DNA of 64,000 nucleotides from Mobula hypostoma (taxonomy: Eukaryota): NCBI RefSeq assembly GCF_963921235.1, contig NC_086108.1:78804001-78868000 (forward strand), in the 5' to 3' direction. Position numbers and translations under genes: made by a program. Within the stretch, counting starts at the first letter, position 1. Every line of letters begins with the position of its first letter. Positions 50,285 through 62,299 of the stretch are shown piece after piece. Under the pieces are notes generated by a model, which was not told the DNA's origin, did no database searches, and saw only the letters and a list, made by a program, of their open reading frames with translations.

Positions 50285-50320
50285 ACCGGTGGTGGGCAAA
50301 TTGTAGGAATCTATTCCAAG

Positions 50321-50401
50321 CAGGGGTTTCCAACCTGGGAAACCAAAGACCCCTTGCTTAGTGATATTGGTCCATGGCATAAAAAAGATTGGGAACCCTT
50401 A
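50321..50401 (+). mobile_element. 81-bp hAT MITE
   Basis: TIR caggggtttccaacc..gattgggaaccctta. Perfect 8-bp TSD attccaag. Confidence 0.9.
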
Positions 50402-50934
50402 ATTCCAAGGGACTTGATAAACTATTTAGAAATAAGGATTTCTATATTGTTTTGAATGAAAACTCCATCTGTTTATTACGTTAAAATATGAATTCTCCTC
50501 ATCCCTCCCCAAATAATTGATTCCTGATATTATCATGCTCTTTTCTGCAGCTGAAGCCATTCCAGATTTCCAGGGATAGCTGTTGTGAGTTTCTTCATTT
50601 TCATTTATTTTGATCAACTTTCTACCTTAATTACCTCAATAGTATTCAAGTCTCATGCACCTTCCGTAATCTCTGAGAACACCCAGTTGCTCACCTCTAA
50701 GCATCTGGGTTAACGAGTATTGATGAGATCAAAACATAACCATGAAACACCAGTTGGCCATTTGCACTGACTCTCCTATTTATTATTACCACAGTAGATC
50801 TGATTGTAATTCCAACTCTGCATTCCTGCATAGTTGGGTAAATTTTACCCCTTCCCAACTTACGAACCATCCATCCACTTGTGCTTTAAAAATATTCAAC
50901 TTTCTTTGGACATAAAAAAGCTTGGAAAAAAACC

Positions 50935-51536
50935 CCAACATTGCGGCTACAACACTCCGGCCAGACATGGTCCTGTGGTCCACAACTGCCAAGCTGGCAT
51001 ATGTTGTGGAATTGACAGTACCATGGGAAGATGGTGTCAAAGAAGCTTATGAGAGGAAAAAGACCAAGTACTCTGAACTGGCAACTAAGGCTGCCCAAAA
51101 TGGCTGGAAGACCAAGATTTTCCCTGTAGAAGTGGGATGCAGGGGATTCGTTGCTACATCTACGACCAGTCTATTGAGGAAGATGGGAGTGAGGGGTCAC
51201 TCCCTCCAACAAGCAATCAAGTCCTTGTCAAACGCAGCAGAAGAAAGCAGCAACTGGATTTGGATTAAAAGGAAAGACAACAACTGGGCTGCAAGATGAA
51301 GACAGGAGGGTATAGAACTGAGGGGGGTGTATCTGGGACACCAAGTAGCACCGTTGAGCCTTCTGGAGACGTTGTGGGCTTATCAACGAAACGTCAAAGA
51401 AGGGTGCCCACCTGATGACCCCAATGACGTACCTACCCTCCCTCGTTGTCACCACTCCAAGGCCACTGCCAACATCGAGATTGCCGACTTACCATAGGGA
51501 TTGAAACATCAAGTCCTAGTAGCTCTACTACTACTA
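50935..51536 (+). mobile_element. 5'-truncated R2-superfamily (HERO-like) non-LTR element, restriction-like endonuclease domain
   Basis: RPDMVLWS..VELTVPWE..RKKTKY..GW..PVEVGCRG, uninterrupted to the stop at 51299. (CTA)n tail at 51525-51536. Confidence 0.88.
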
Positions 51537-51789
51537 AGGAAGAGAGTTGCAAAGATTCATGATCCTCTGAAAGACAAATGCATTTTATTTTATTTTGAGA
51601 TACAGCATGGAACAGGCCTTTCTAACCCAACGGACCGCACCACCCAGCAACTCACCTATGTAACGCTAGCCTAATCACAGGACAATTTACAATGACCAAC
51701 TAACTTGTATGTCTTTGAAATGTAAGAGCACCTAACTTAATTACGTTCTCCCAAGGGTGAAACAGTCTTTCCTATTTCACACAATGGCA

Positions 51790-53195
51790 TAGATTAATCA
51801 GTCGCAGTCGGAACCTACATATTACAGGAAGATCCTGAGTAACTTGATTCAATTCTTTGAGTAGGTAACAAGATCGATGAGGGTAGCACTTTTGATGTTG
51901 TCCACATAAATTTTTAGCATGGTTTTTGACAAGGTCCACATAGGAAGTGGGGTTAAAAAAAGTAAACACACATGACATCTAGGGATCAATTTCAAATTGA
52001 ATACAAAGTAGGTCAATTATCAGGAAACAAAGCTAATCATTGAAAAGTATTCTTTTGAATGAAAGGCTGTCCCGAGTGGGACTTCCCACAGCTCGCTTTC
52101 AGTAATGCATATTCATGATTTATGCATAAACCTGAGGAGCATGATACAGTAACATAGATGGTACAAAAATTGTCTGGTTTGGGAAAGAGGGAATCAGGAA
52201 GAGGAAACCATTCGGAGGGAAGTTGATGAAGTAGTCAGATGAACAGAAAAGTGTCAAATAGAATTTAACCTTAAGAGAAGGGCAATACATTTGGGGATCT
52301 GAAAGAAGACAAGGAAGTACAGTATATACTAAGTAATATATTAATATCCTTCAAGATTACAAGACAAGCTGACAAAGTAGGAAGTAACCCAGACAAAGAG
52401 CAGGGAATTATATCAGAATCATGTAGAATGCTGTATCAGAATTGATATCAATATCAGAATTGTGCACATTAGCCAGAGTACTGAAAAGGTCAATCCATCA
52501 CATTACAGGAAAGATGTGTTTGCACTCGGGCTACAGATCCATAATTCCTTGAAAGTGTCAGACAGGACTATAAAGAGAGCTTTTCGGCACATAGTCACAG
52601 CAATGAGTACAGGAGCTGTGATGTTATGTTGAAATTGTACCTGAAGTTAGGTGAGGCAGAATTTGAAGCATCATGGGCAGTCTTGGTCACCTGCTTAAAG
52701 GAAAGATAAGTTTGAAAGAGTACAGAGAAAATGTACAAGGATACTGCCAGGACCTGAGAACCAGAGTTGTAAGGAAAGGTTGAATAGGTTAGGACTTCAT
52801 TCTCTGGACATAGGAGAAAGAGGGGAGACCTTTTGAGGTATACAAAATTATGCGGGGTATAGATAGGATAATTATATCTAGGCCCTTTCCCCTGAGGTTG
52901 ACGGAGACTAGAATTCGAGGTCGTAAGTTTAGGGTGAAAGGTGAAATATTTTAGGGAAAACCGAGAAGGACTCCATCACTCAGAGGACAGTGCAAGTGCA
53001 GAATGAGCTGCTAGCTGAAATGGTAAATGTAGGTTCAATTGCAACATCTAAGACAAGCTTAGATAGGTACATGGATGGGAGGGGTATAGAGTGCTATGAG
53101 CCGGATACAGGTAGATAGAACAAGGCAGAAAAACAGGTCATCACAGACTAGATGGGCCAAAGGGCCTGCTTCTGTTCTGTAGTTCTCTATGACTC
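51790..53195 (+). mobile_element. Nested, decayed CR1 fragments
   Basis: 52530-53195 matches 26790-27480. The upstream part is an older RT remnant. Confidence 0.8.
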
Positions 53196-54200
53196 TAACA
53201 AAAGAGACTCAACATTCAAAGAGGTGCAAACAGATTTAATTGGCTTCAAGGAGTCATAGCTATAGGATGATCAAGGCTGGGAGATTAACACACAAGGGAC
53301 TGGAATATGTAGGATGGAAAGTTGAGGAGGTGAGGTGAGGTGAGGTGGCATGGTTAGTAAAAGATAAAGTCTCACTTTCTAGAATCAAGGCATAAAGACC
53401 GAGAATCCGAATCTTCCCTTTAATCACAATGTTATTAGAATGGACCTTCAAGGTGTTACAATAGTAGGGGATATCATGATGTCCAATCCAAGACTTGCTT
53501 TGACCAGAAGTTGTACAATACAACAAAAACAAAGACATTCTTTCTTAACATTTTGAAGTTACACAGCAAATCAATACAAGAGAATTCAGTTTCAAACCAC
53601 ATTTTCCTCTTGATGAATGGTGACAGCATTGTTTCAAAGGAGTACTGGTTATCCCCAAAGAGCTGAAGGGTTCTTTTTCAAATCTGCCAATTTGTAGATG
53701 GTTTATCTGTAACATGCATTTGTTCATAACAGCCTGACGACTGTTGTCAATGATTCCCCAGTTATTCTTCAAACATGCTTTCTACTTTGGGATTTAAAAG
53801 CAATGAAAAGTGATCTGCATATTATGGTAATCTGTGGGATATTAAGGAGGATTGTGTGTTCTTGGCATAAGACCCATTGGATTGTTTCACACAAGCCTCA
53901 CGTGTATGAGGCAACAGAAAGCTGGGCTTTCCTGATAACTGAAAGCTCAGATCATGATAATTTCTGTTACAAGACCATGAGTTTTGTTTAAAATACTTTT
54001 GAAAAAGATATCTGGCAACTCCAGTTCAGTGTTCTCTAAGAAATATTACATGTACAAAACAAATAACAAATCAATGAGCAATCCTATAAACATTAACTGC
54101 TGAGTAACACACAGAAAGCGCTAGAGGAATTCAGCAGGTCAGGCAGCATCTATGGAGAAAAATAAAGAGCCAATGATTTGGGCCGAGACCCTTCATCAGG

Positions 54201-54586
54201 TGCCATCAACCCACTGTTACTCTAACACTTCCGTTTCCTTTACACGCACGGCTTTAGTGGATTTATGGATTGGAATGAAATCCAGTCAAATAGATATTCC
54301 TCAGTCAGCTTGCGAGCTCATCTATTTCAAACACGAGAAAATCTGCGGATGCTGGAAATCCAAGCAGCACACACAAAATGCTGGAGGAACTCAGCAAGTC
54401 AGACAGCATCTAAGAAGAGGAAGAAACAGCTAAAATTTCGGACCAAGACCCTTGGTTGCGTGCTACCAACTATGTTATTCTAACATCACCTTTTTCTCTA
54501 CCAGCATGGCTTTATTTGATATATACATTGGAATTAAATCCAATCTATTAGAGATTCCACAGTCAGCTTGCTCGGTCATTTACTTT
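54201..54586. repeat. Diverged ~125-bp direct duplication separated by a Penelope-derived insert (54328-54452)
   Basis: attggaatgaaatccagtc..agatattcctcagtcagcttgc versus attggaattaaatccaatc..agagattccacagtcagcttgc. Confidence 0.8.
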
Positions 54587-54817
54587 ATTTGATTTCTTTA
54601 TATATTTCCTCTAGTCGGATTGGCTGCTTCTGTTTATAACACAGACTTCTCTCAATTTATGATAGGGATGCATTCCTTAAAACATCAAGCAAAATTTGAA
54701 AAGGTTGGATGAACTCTTTTGTGGGCATTTTGGTATGTTCCACTCCTAGTGGCAGAAAGCACCGCATAATTCAATTTAGCAAAAGAAGATGGTTTGTTAA
54801 CTGATGAAACATCATAG

Positions 54818-55810
54818 ACACAAGAAAGCCTGCAGATGCTGGAAATCCGAAGCACCACACACAAAATGCTAGAGGAAATGAACAAACAGTCGACGTTTCC
54901 TGCCAAAACCCTTCTTCAGGACTGGAAAGGAAGGGAGAAGTCACCAGAATAAACGTAAAAAGGGGGGAGAGGAGGGGAAGGACAATAGCTAGAAGGCGAT
55001 AGTTAAAGCCAGGTGGGTGGAAAAGGTAAAGGGCTGGAGAGGAAGAAATCTGATTGGAGAGGAGAGTGGACTATAGGAAAAAGGGAAGGGGGGGGAAGAG
55101 TCCCGGGGGAGGTGATAGGCAGATAAGAAGAGGTAAAAGGCCAGAGTGGGAAATAGAATAAGAGAGGAGAGAGGGGTAATTTTTTTTAATACTGGAAGGA
55201 GAAATCGATATTTGTGCCATCAGGTTGGAGGCTACCCAGACAGAATATAAGGTGCTGCTCCTCTACCCTGAGGGTGACCTCAGTTTGGTACGAGGATTCT
55301 GCACCGACATGTCGGAACGGGAATGGGAACCAGAATTAAAATGTTTGGCTACCAGAAAGTTCTGTTTTTGGCAGATGGAGCAGGGATGCTCAACAAAGCA
55401 GCCCCCCCAATTTACAACTGGTCTTACCAAGGCAGAGGAGGCCACAACAGGAAGGCCGGACACAATAGACAACCCCAGCAGATTCGCAGGTGAAGTGTTG
55501 CCTCACCTGGAAGGAGTGTCTGGGGCCCTGAATGAAGGCGAGGGAGGAGGTGAATTGGCAGGTGTAGCACTCTGGCCACTTGCAAGGGTAAGTGCCACAA
55601 GGGAGATTAGCATTCATGGGTGGTAGGTGAGGATATGAGGAACTCTATTCACTGTTAGGGCAGCAGGAAGATGGGGTGAGCACAGATGTTGGGGAAATGG
55701 AGAAGATGCAGGAAAGGGCAGCATCTATGGTGGAGGAAGCAAAACCTCTTTCTTTGAAGGACGACGACATCGGAAAGCCACATCCTGGGAACAGATGCAG
55801 CAGAGACATA
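54818..55810 (-). mobile_element. Penelope-like element 3' part (GIY-YIG plus pLTR)
   Basis: GTYPCKWPECYTC..FQVRQHFTCESAGVVYCV..CGLLCLGKT and VAKHFNS..H. Hammerhead core at 54888-54923. Confidence 0.9.
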
Positions 55811-56122
55811 TTACCATAAACTGATGACATATGCCCTAAAAATTAATGCTGTTATCATAAATATATGCAAAATGTCTCTAAATTGAGAAATGGCAAAAGC
55901 AGCTACCCTTCATTGGTGCTGTATACAGAAGATGGACCAAAAGGCACATAGAATTTAAAGTCATTCATTTTGAAATGATGCATTTTACAAAAACATAGTT
56001 TTTATGCTCACTAATTTTAATAAGCAGATGGGCTTAAGAGGTATTGAAGGGAAAAGAAAATATATCAGTAAAATATGGTTAGAGCTGTTTGGGTTCACAG
56101 GATAAATACCAGTATGGGTATA

Positions 56123-56123
<1 letters not shown>

Positions 56124-56161
<38 letters not shown>
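56124..56161. repeat. (TA)n microsatellite
   Basis: Directly visible. Confidence 0.99.
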
Positions 56162-56162
<1 letters not shown>

Positions 56163-56894
56163 CTTTTGAACACTTCTATGTAAGCACACATCTAAGAATC
56201 CAAAACAAAGGACAGTTTTGTTGAACCATTATACTTTGAAATTACAAAATATTGAGTGCACAGAATATGTTAAAATGTCAATTGGTACCATTACTTCAAC
56301 TCGTACATCTGCACTATTACACAGAACAGCGTAAAGCAGAGGGACATGAAATAAGAAACCAAGTAAATGCTGGTCAGATAACCCCCAGTGTCCTGATATA
56401 GATATAATTACAGATGTCTGAGTGGGCCATCCTAATTCACCAGTGACTAAGAGCTGAGCAAATTTAATCTGACCCAGTGCACCGTTGAGTTAACCGCTGA
56501 TAATTTATTAGCAGTAACAATCACAGTCAACTTCGTCTGCACTTCCCTTTTAAAACTCTGCTATTTTAAGCTGAAAAGGTTAATGAGATTTGAACAAGTT
56601 ACAGATAAAAGATCATCAATATGTTGCTTTAGACACATTACCCTGACTTTAAATAAGATGTGGGAAGCAGCTTAAAGTGCTGCAATTTGGTTAATCCTAA
56701 AACTTCAGACTCATTTGCATTTAGTTATCTAAGCTCTTCCACAGAAATACATAGAGATGGAAGACTTCAACTCTGTCACCAAGAAAGTGACTCTCAGTGA
56801 ATGATCCTCACCGTAAGAATCAATTTATTGCCTACAACTGAAAAGATGAGCCTTCAAATCTGGCAAATATTAGGCTGGGAATCCATGCCAGATC

Positions 56895-57470
56895 ATAAGA
56901 AACAGGAGGAGGTGTAGGCCAGATGGCCTTTCAACTGCACAACATCAAACAGCAAGCTCATGTCTAACTTTATATCTCAATGCTCTTTTATTGCTCTAAT
57001 CATACATTTCCTGATTCCTTTAATATCAAAAAAGCTATTGATCTTTGAAACCAATGAATGAGCCTCCACTGACATCCAGGGTACTGATTTCCAAAGATTC
57101 ACCATCAGTGAGTTTCAGAAATAATTCTGTACTTCCGCCGTTAATGGCTTACGTCAAAATAGCCACCATGCATCCAAGCTTGTTTTCTGCCCAAGATATT
57201 ATGGATTATTTCTCATTTTTCTAAACTCTCGAGTACAGGGGTCTATTCTCTTCAATTTCATCCTATAAAATAGACCGAAAAACCAATTTGACGGATCTCC
57301 ATTGCACTTGATAGCAAGAACATGTAGTCACACTAAGATCCTATATAATTGTTGTCAAAGGCTTGCACTCAAATTCTAGTTCCCCTTTATCAATTTCCTG
57401 GACATCCTATTCCATAAGACCCTCAATCCTCATCCTTACTTCTTTTCCCTTACCACCTCAATAAATAAGA
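56895..57470 (-). mobile_element. Ancient CR1 3' remnant
   Basis: cataagaaacaggaggaggtgtaggcc tail and ttccaaagattcacc motif. Confidence 0.65.
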
Positions 57471-58518
57471 CTATTCCTTGGATGTTGATACCATTTTTAA
57501 TATTTAATTGTACTTGGAAGATTTAATCAAGGCAATATTAGACTACAAATAAAACTGCTTGGCTCAAGTGCCCTATCCATTAATCTCTGCAAATTAAAAC
57601 TAATTTTTCTCTCCTTACCATTTCTGACAAAGGGTACTATTGGATATATTGGTACTATAGGTACCTATTGGATTAGCACTCCTTAAATCACCCAAAAGAT
57701 GCATTACCTTCATCAATCATGCACCACAAACACAAGGTGTACTATCTACAAGATGCACTGCCATTACTTTCCTAGGATTCTCTGATAGTACTTATCAAAC
57801 CCATGAACTCTTTACAACAAAATGGACAATGGCAGCAGATGCCGAGGAACACCACCTCTCCAAGCTAGAGATGTTGCTTAACTCTATTAGATTTACAATT
57901 TAAAATCAGCTCCTGAAGGCTAGGTTCCCCTGCAGACTGGACACAACCCAGGCTTTAAAGCATATTGCCAGTCCTTCATTACCACTGAAAACAGAACTCC
58001 TTTCACACAAACAACAACAGTAAATCAAGCTGGCAGCATTAACGTGTTGTCAACAACCAAATCCTGTTCACCAGCCTTGAACTGAAGGGCAGCACTCAAA
58101 ATGTCTTAAGGATCTTCCAGAAATGGAGGAAGTTGTCTACTTCTGTGGGCTACCATAGCTGCAGTGGTACCTATTATCTTGCAGAATTTGGCTACTCTAT
58201 TGTTGAAAGTGGGGAGAAATTTGAGGTTGCTCCGCTGGGAAGCACCCAAGTCACTTCCCAAGCACCGAACCCATTCTGCACACTTAAGAAAACCCTGTAA
58301 AATTCCACTATTTGGATATTCAGCTGTACTGAGGAAAAGTTAACTCCTCTGATGCCTTCTATGCACAATAACATTACTGACATGGAACTATGAGGTCCTA
58401 ACAGCAACTGATTCACTTGTAAAATAAAACTTGGGAGAGAATTTAAAATTGGAAAAGGCATCAAAGCCAAAAACTATTAGCTTTATTTTCCTAAAATATA
58501 TAGTTACTTACAAGCTCT

Positions 58519-59445
58519 TGTGACGAAAGAGGGTTACAAAAAGTACACATAGATTAAGATGTTAACTGTCCTGTGCTGGCACCAGTGGGATCAACAGTTG
58601 ATCTGCCACCTGTCTTCAGGAGAAAGAGAGATAAGGAAGACAATGGAGCAGCATTTGGAAATGTTAATGAAGAGACGGAAGAGTTTAACGGAAAGAGACA
58701 CGGTCTGAGTAATTGTCAAGATCGGCTCCTTTTTGAACCCTGAACTGTTTGAAGTGTGATGGACAGGCGATACCCCAGCAGGTTTATAAAAAGGGACAGG
58801 TTCGCTAAGGCAGGACACACACGACACCACGAGGTAACGAGACCCTGGAAGCGGTGTGCCTCCCATAAGTCGGTGGGAAGTTTTGGAGGGCTGGTCGCGG
58901 GCCCAAGCCAGAGACGCACAGGGTGGAAAGGTACGTTCGGCGGAAACCTGGTGTGTGTCCGCCCTTACCTGGGTGCCGGGTTCACCGCTGAGGAACGATC
59001 GTATCTGAAACGGAGGGGTCACAGTCGGTGACCTCAGAAGACATTACAAAGGGCTCACCCGAAAGCTGACTGCGAAGAATATCAAAGGTCTGTGTGGAAG
59101 CCGTTTTGAATATTCATTCGCTTTCGCTCTCTCTTTCCTTCCCCCCCCCATCCACCGCCACGGCAGTGATTACTGTGAATTGAACTGAACTCAATTGAAC
59201 TGAACTTTGCGTCACTTTGAAACTGGTCATTTACCCCTCGACGACGATAGAGCTTGATTGATCCTGTTATCCTAGTTCTGTGTACATGTGTGTTTATCAT
59301 TGCTGAACTGTTGCATTTATTATTCTTTCGATTAGAGTACTGTGTTGCTTATTTCTTTAATAAAACTTTTAGTTCCAGTAATCCAGACTCCAACTGAGTG
59401 ATCCATTTCTGCTGGTTTGGCAACCCAGTTACGGGGTACGTAACA
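58519..59445 (+). mobile_element. Solo LTR, 927 bp (Gypsy- or ERV1-type)
   Basis: TGTGACG..CGTAACA termini, 4-bp TSD ctct on both sides, TATA-like tttataaaa at about 58783, AATAAA at about 59359. Confidence 0.92.
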
Positions 59446-60016
59446 CTCTCTACAGATAAATTGGATTTGCAATTTAAAGTCATCTCCTGAAGGCTAGAAG
59501 AAAAAAAAACAATCATGCCTAAATGAAGACTCTCATCACCTTGGTTTATATCGCACTGTACTGGCAATACTTCATCCAGAATAATGCAGTTGTTCACCTA
59601 TTACTGAATCTTTTCAAATCCTTGATTTAAAAATGATGCACATGGAAATACTAAAAATCAGAACATTACAAATCCAAGTGTACAGAATATACATTGACAC
59701 ATCAGAACATCATTTTATATGGAAAATTACATTCTATTTGTTAAAGTAACCCAATACGCTTTTTACTTCTTAAAAACAAATTAAATTTTAAAAATGCACA
59801 AGTCCACTTTAAAGATTCACTGCCCACAACAAAATTCACAATCTGATGGGAAAAATACCAATTCTCGAGAATTGTGCTTAGCCTTAACATTACCACAATC
59901 TTCTACTTTTCTACTTATCTTATGTTAATTTTCCCTGTTCCACCCCAAAGTCTCCTCCAGTAAGTAACTTTCTTGGTCAAGTGACTGATCTTGAAATTTG
60001 CTCGTTATTACAACAA

Positions 60017-61348
60017 CAGACATCTCACCTCTCCCGGAAGTTCCGGGAGTCTCCCGCATATTGATAGTGGCTCCCTGACGCCCGGAAATTATATACAATA
60101 TCCCGGAAATAGGTTTTTTTGAGAAAGAGAGGGAGAGGGAGAGCGAGCATCCTGATTGGTCTCTCTTTGTGCTGAGTGGTCCCCATCCACCGGGCCGTAA
60201 GGAAGCGATATGATTTGGCGATATGAGTCAGTGGCACCTTTCCTCACTCCCTGTCACGCACTGTTGAGCTTGAACGCACGCAAGGTCATTACTCACACGT
60301 CATCCATGTTAGCGCGGGAAGGAGAGCAACTCCTCGAGCTTGCAAATGACGGCGGGCTGAAAAGTATATTTGACATAACACCTCTGCCGGCATTCTGGAT
60401 CAAAGTCAAGGCTAAATATCCTGAGGTAGCCACAGAAGCATTGAATACGTTGCTTCCATTTCCAACATCCTATCACTGTGAAGCGGAGTTTTCTGCAATG
60501 AATACAACGAAAACTGAATTGCAGAATAGACTGGACATAAGGAACCCCCTTCGAGTATCGCTGTCTCCCATCACCCCTCGATGGGACCATCTTGTTGCAG
60601 GAAAACAAGCCCAGGGCTCCCATTGATTCAGCGATATTGGTGTGTTGCAATGATTTTATATGTTCATACGGGCAAAATATGAGCTGTGTGTTTAATATCC
60701 AAACGTTACTTAAAATATTATGATACTATTGACTTATCATCTATATTCCGGTCGTGATTAACAGCCCCCCCCCCCACCCCGGGTGGGCCGGTCCGCAAGA
60801 ATGTTGTCAATATTAAACCGGTCTGCGGTGCAAAAAATGTTGGGGACCCCTGCTAAGTAGACCTATCAGTTTTCTGTGGGTGGGCTTTACAATCCACCTC
60901 AAAAATAACGACAGGGCTGCTCGCTGCACTGTTTGCAATAGTGACTTTTCTATTACCCACGGTGGGTTAAAATGTAAAAGACATGTTGAGGTGAGTTTAA
61001 CAGGTGTCATTCATTCATTAGCATAGCTAACGTTATTTAAACTAGCTGGCTAGCTGCGAAAGAGCTACGCTATTTATGTCCTACGTGATGAGGTCAAACT
61101 CCTTGTAGACTTGCTTAAAGTTGTAATAGAATAAACATGATAATATAAGTACATCTTTTAATGTCACATTTTCTGCATATACCCAACTTGGTTTACAGAT
61201 TAGACAAAATCACTAAACAAAGTATTACATACACCCTTGGAGGTCGATGGGGGGGGGTAGGGATATGGGGTTGCGGGGGGGGGGGGCTACCTCCCTGAAA
61301 TGGTGGTGATACCTCCCTGAAATGAGCTTTTGCAGGGTGGGATGTCTG
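60017..61348 (+). mobile_element. Third copy of the 6-bp-TSD hAT-like element
   Basis: cagacatctcacc..ggtgggatgtctg. Flanks caacaa and ctacaa. Zinc-finger exon remnant ending GAG|GTGAGT at about 60989. Confidence 0.88.
60174..60852 (+). mobile_element. Second Charlie/Buster-type deletion derivative, nested in the hAT-like element
   Basis: ORF 60210-60626 is highly similar to 20856-21302. Right TIR ttggggacccctg. Confidence 0.93.
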
Positions 61349-61400
61349 CTACAATATAGTTGGCTGCCTACTATAAATAAAAGTGGTCCAGTAATTGGAC

Positions 61401-61603
61401 AACACACATAAAAGTTGCTGGTGAACGCAGCAGGCCAGGCAGCATCTCTAGGAAGAGGTGCAGTCAACGTTTCAGGCCGAGACCCTTCGTCAGGACTAAC
61501 TGAAGGAAGAGTGAGTAAGGGATTTGAAAGTTGGAGGGGGAGGGGGAGATCCAAAATGATAGGAGAAGATAGGAGGGGGAGGGATGGAGCCAAGAGCTGG
61601 ACA
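61401..61603 (-). mobile_element. Truncated Penelope-like pLTR insertion
   Basis: 11-bp flanking duplication agtaattggac (61390-61400 and 61604-61614). Confidence 0.9.
61462..61497 (-). ncRNA. Minimal type I hammerhead ribozyme motif
   Basis: Minus strand agtc-CTGACGA-agg gtctcgg cct-GAAA-C-GTT-gact: intact core, stem I, stem II, palindromic stem III and NUH site. Confidence 0.75.
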
Positions 61604-62009
61604 AGTAATTGGACCTTCAAATTTCCTTTTCTTTCATGGGAAACTACCCAATATTCACCATGCCTTTCCACGGCAAGAATCCTGAGAACTAATAGTGCAG
61701 AAAACACAGAGATAAACCCACAGTGCTATAAGGTGCTTCACAAATTAATGGTTTTGCCAAAATGTTAAATAGTAATAGACTCTGAAACTATTTCAGGAAA
61801 AATGCAATAACAGAATGGAGATTTTTTTCAAGAGCAGCTCAGTGTTTATAGGTCAAAGATGAAAAGCATATTTTCTATAAAATCCAATCATCATCTCCCA
61901 TATGAGATGGAAGTCTATTCCATAAATTAGCAACCCAATTATTCCCAAGATATTCCCCTTATCTGGTTAACAATACAATTGAAAGGTATATTAAATGATC
62001 AACCAAATA

Positions 62010-62180
62010 AAACTACTTGCATTTGTATTGTATCTGTAACATCCTAAAACGTCCTAAGGTGCTGGTTAGGACAACTACCAAACAAAATTTGATATCAAGC
62101 AACGTAAGGAGATATTCAGACCGATGACCAAAAGCATTGTCAAAGAGGTAAGCTTAAAAGATGTGCCTTAAATTTATAGA
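62010..62180 (-). mobile_element. Ancient L2-like 3' remnant
   Basis: cttgcatttgta..aaaacgtcctaaggtgct..gatgaccaaaagcattgtcaaagaggta resembles elasmobranch L2 3' ends (recognition only). Confidence 0.5.
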
Positions 62181-62299
62181 GAAAGAGAGAAAGATGAAGG
62201 CCATCATTCACTGATCGAGTGATCAGGAGGCAGGCAATGAGAGAAAAGAGAAAGGAAAAACAACAGATGGAGCAGTGTGGGAGAGGGGGTGTGAAGACA

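Noticed and set aside
58591..59031. ORFs within the LTR
   Set aside because: GC-rich LTR interior with no gag, pol or env motifs.
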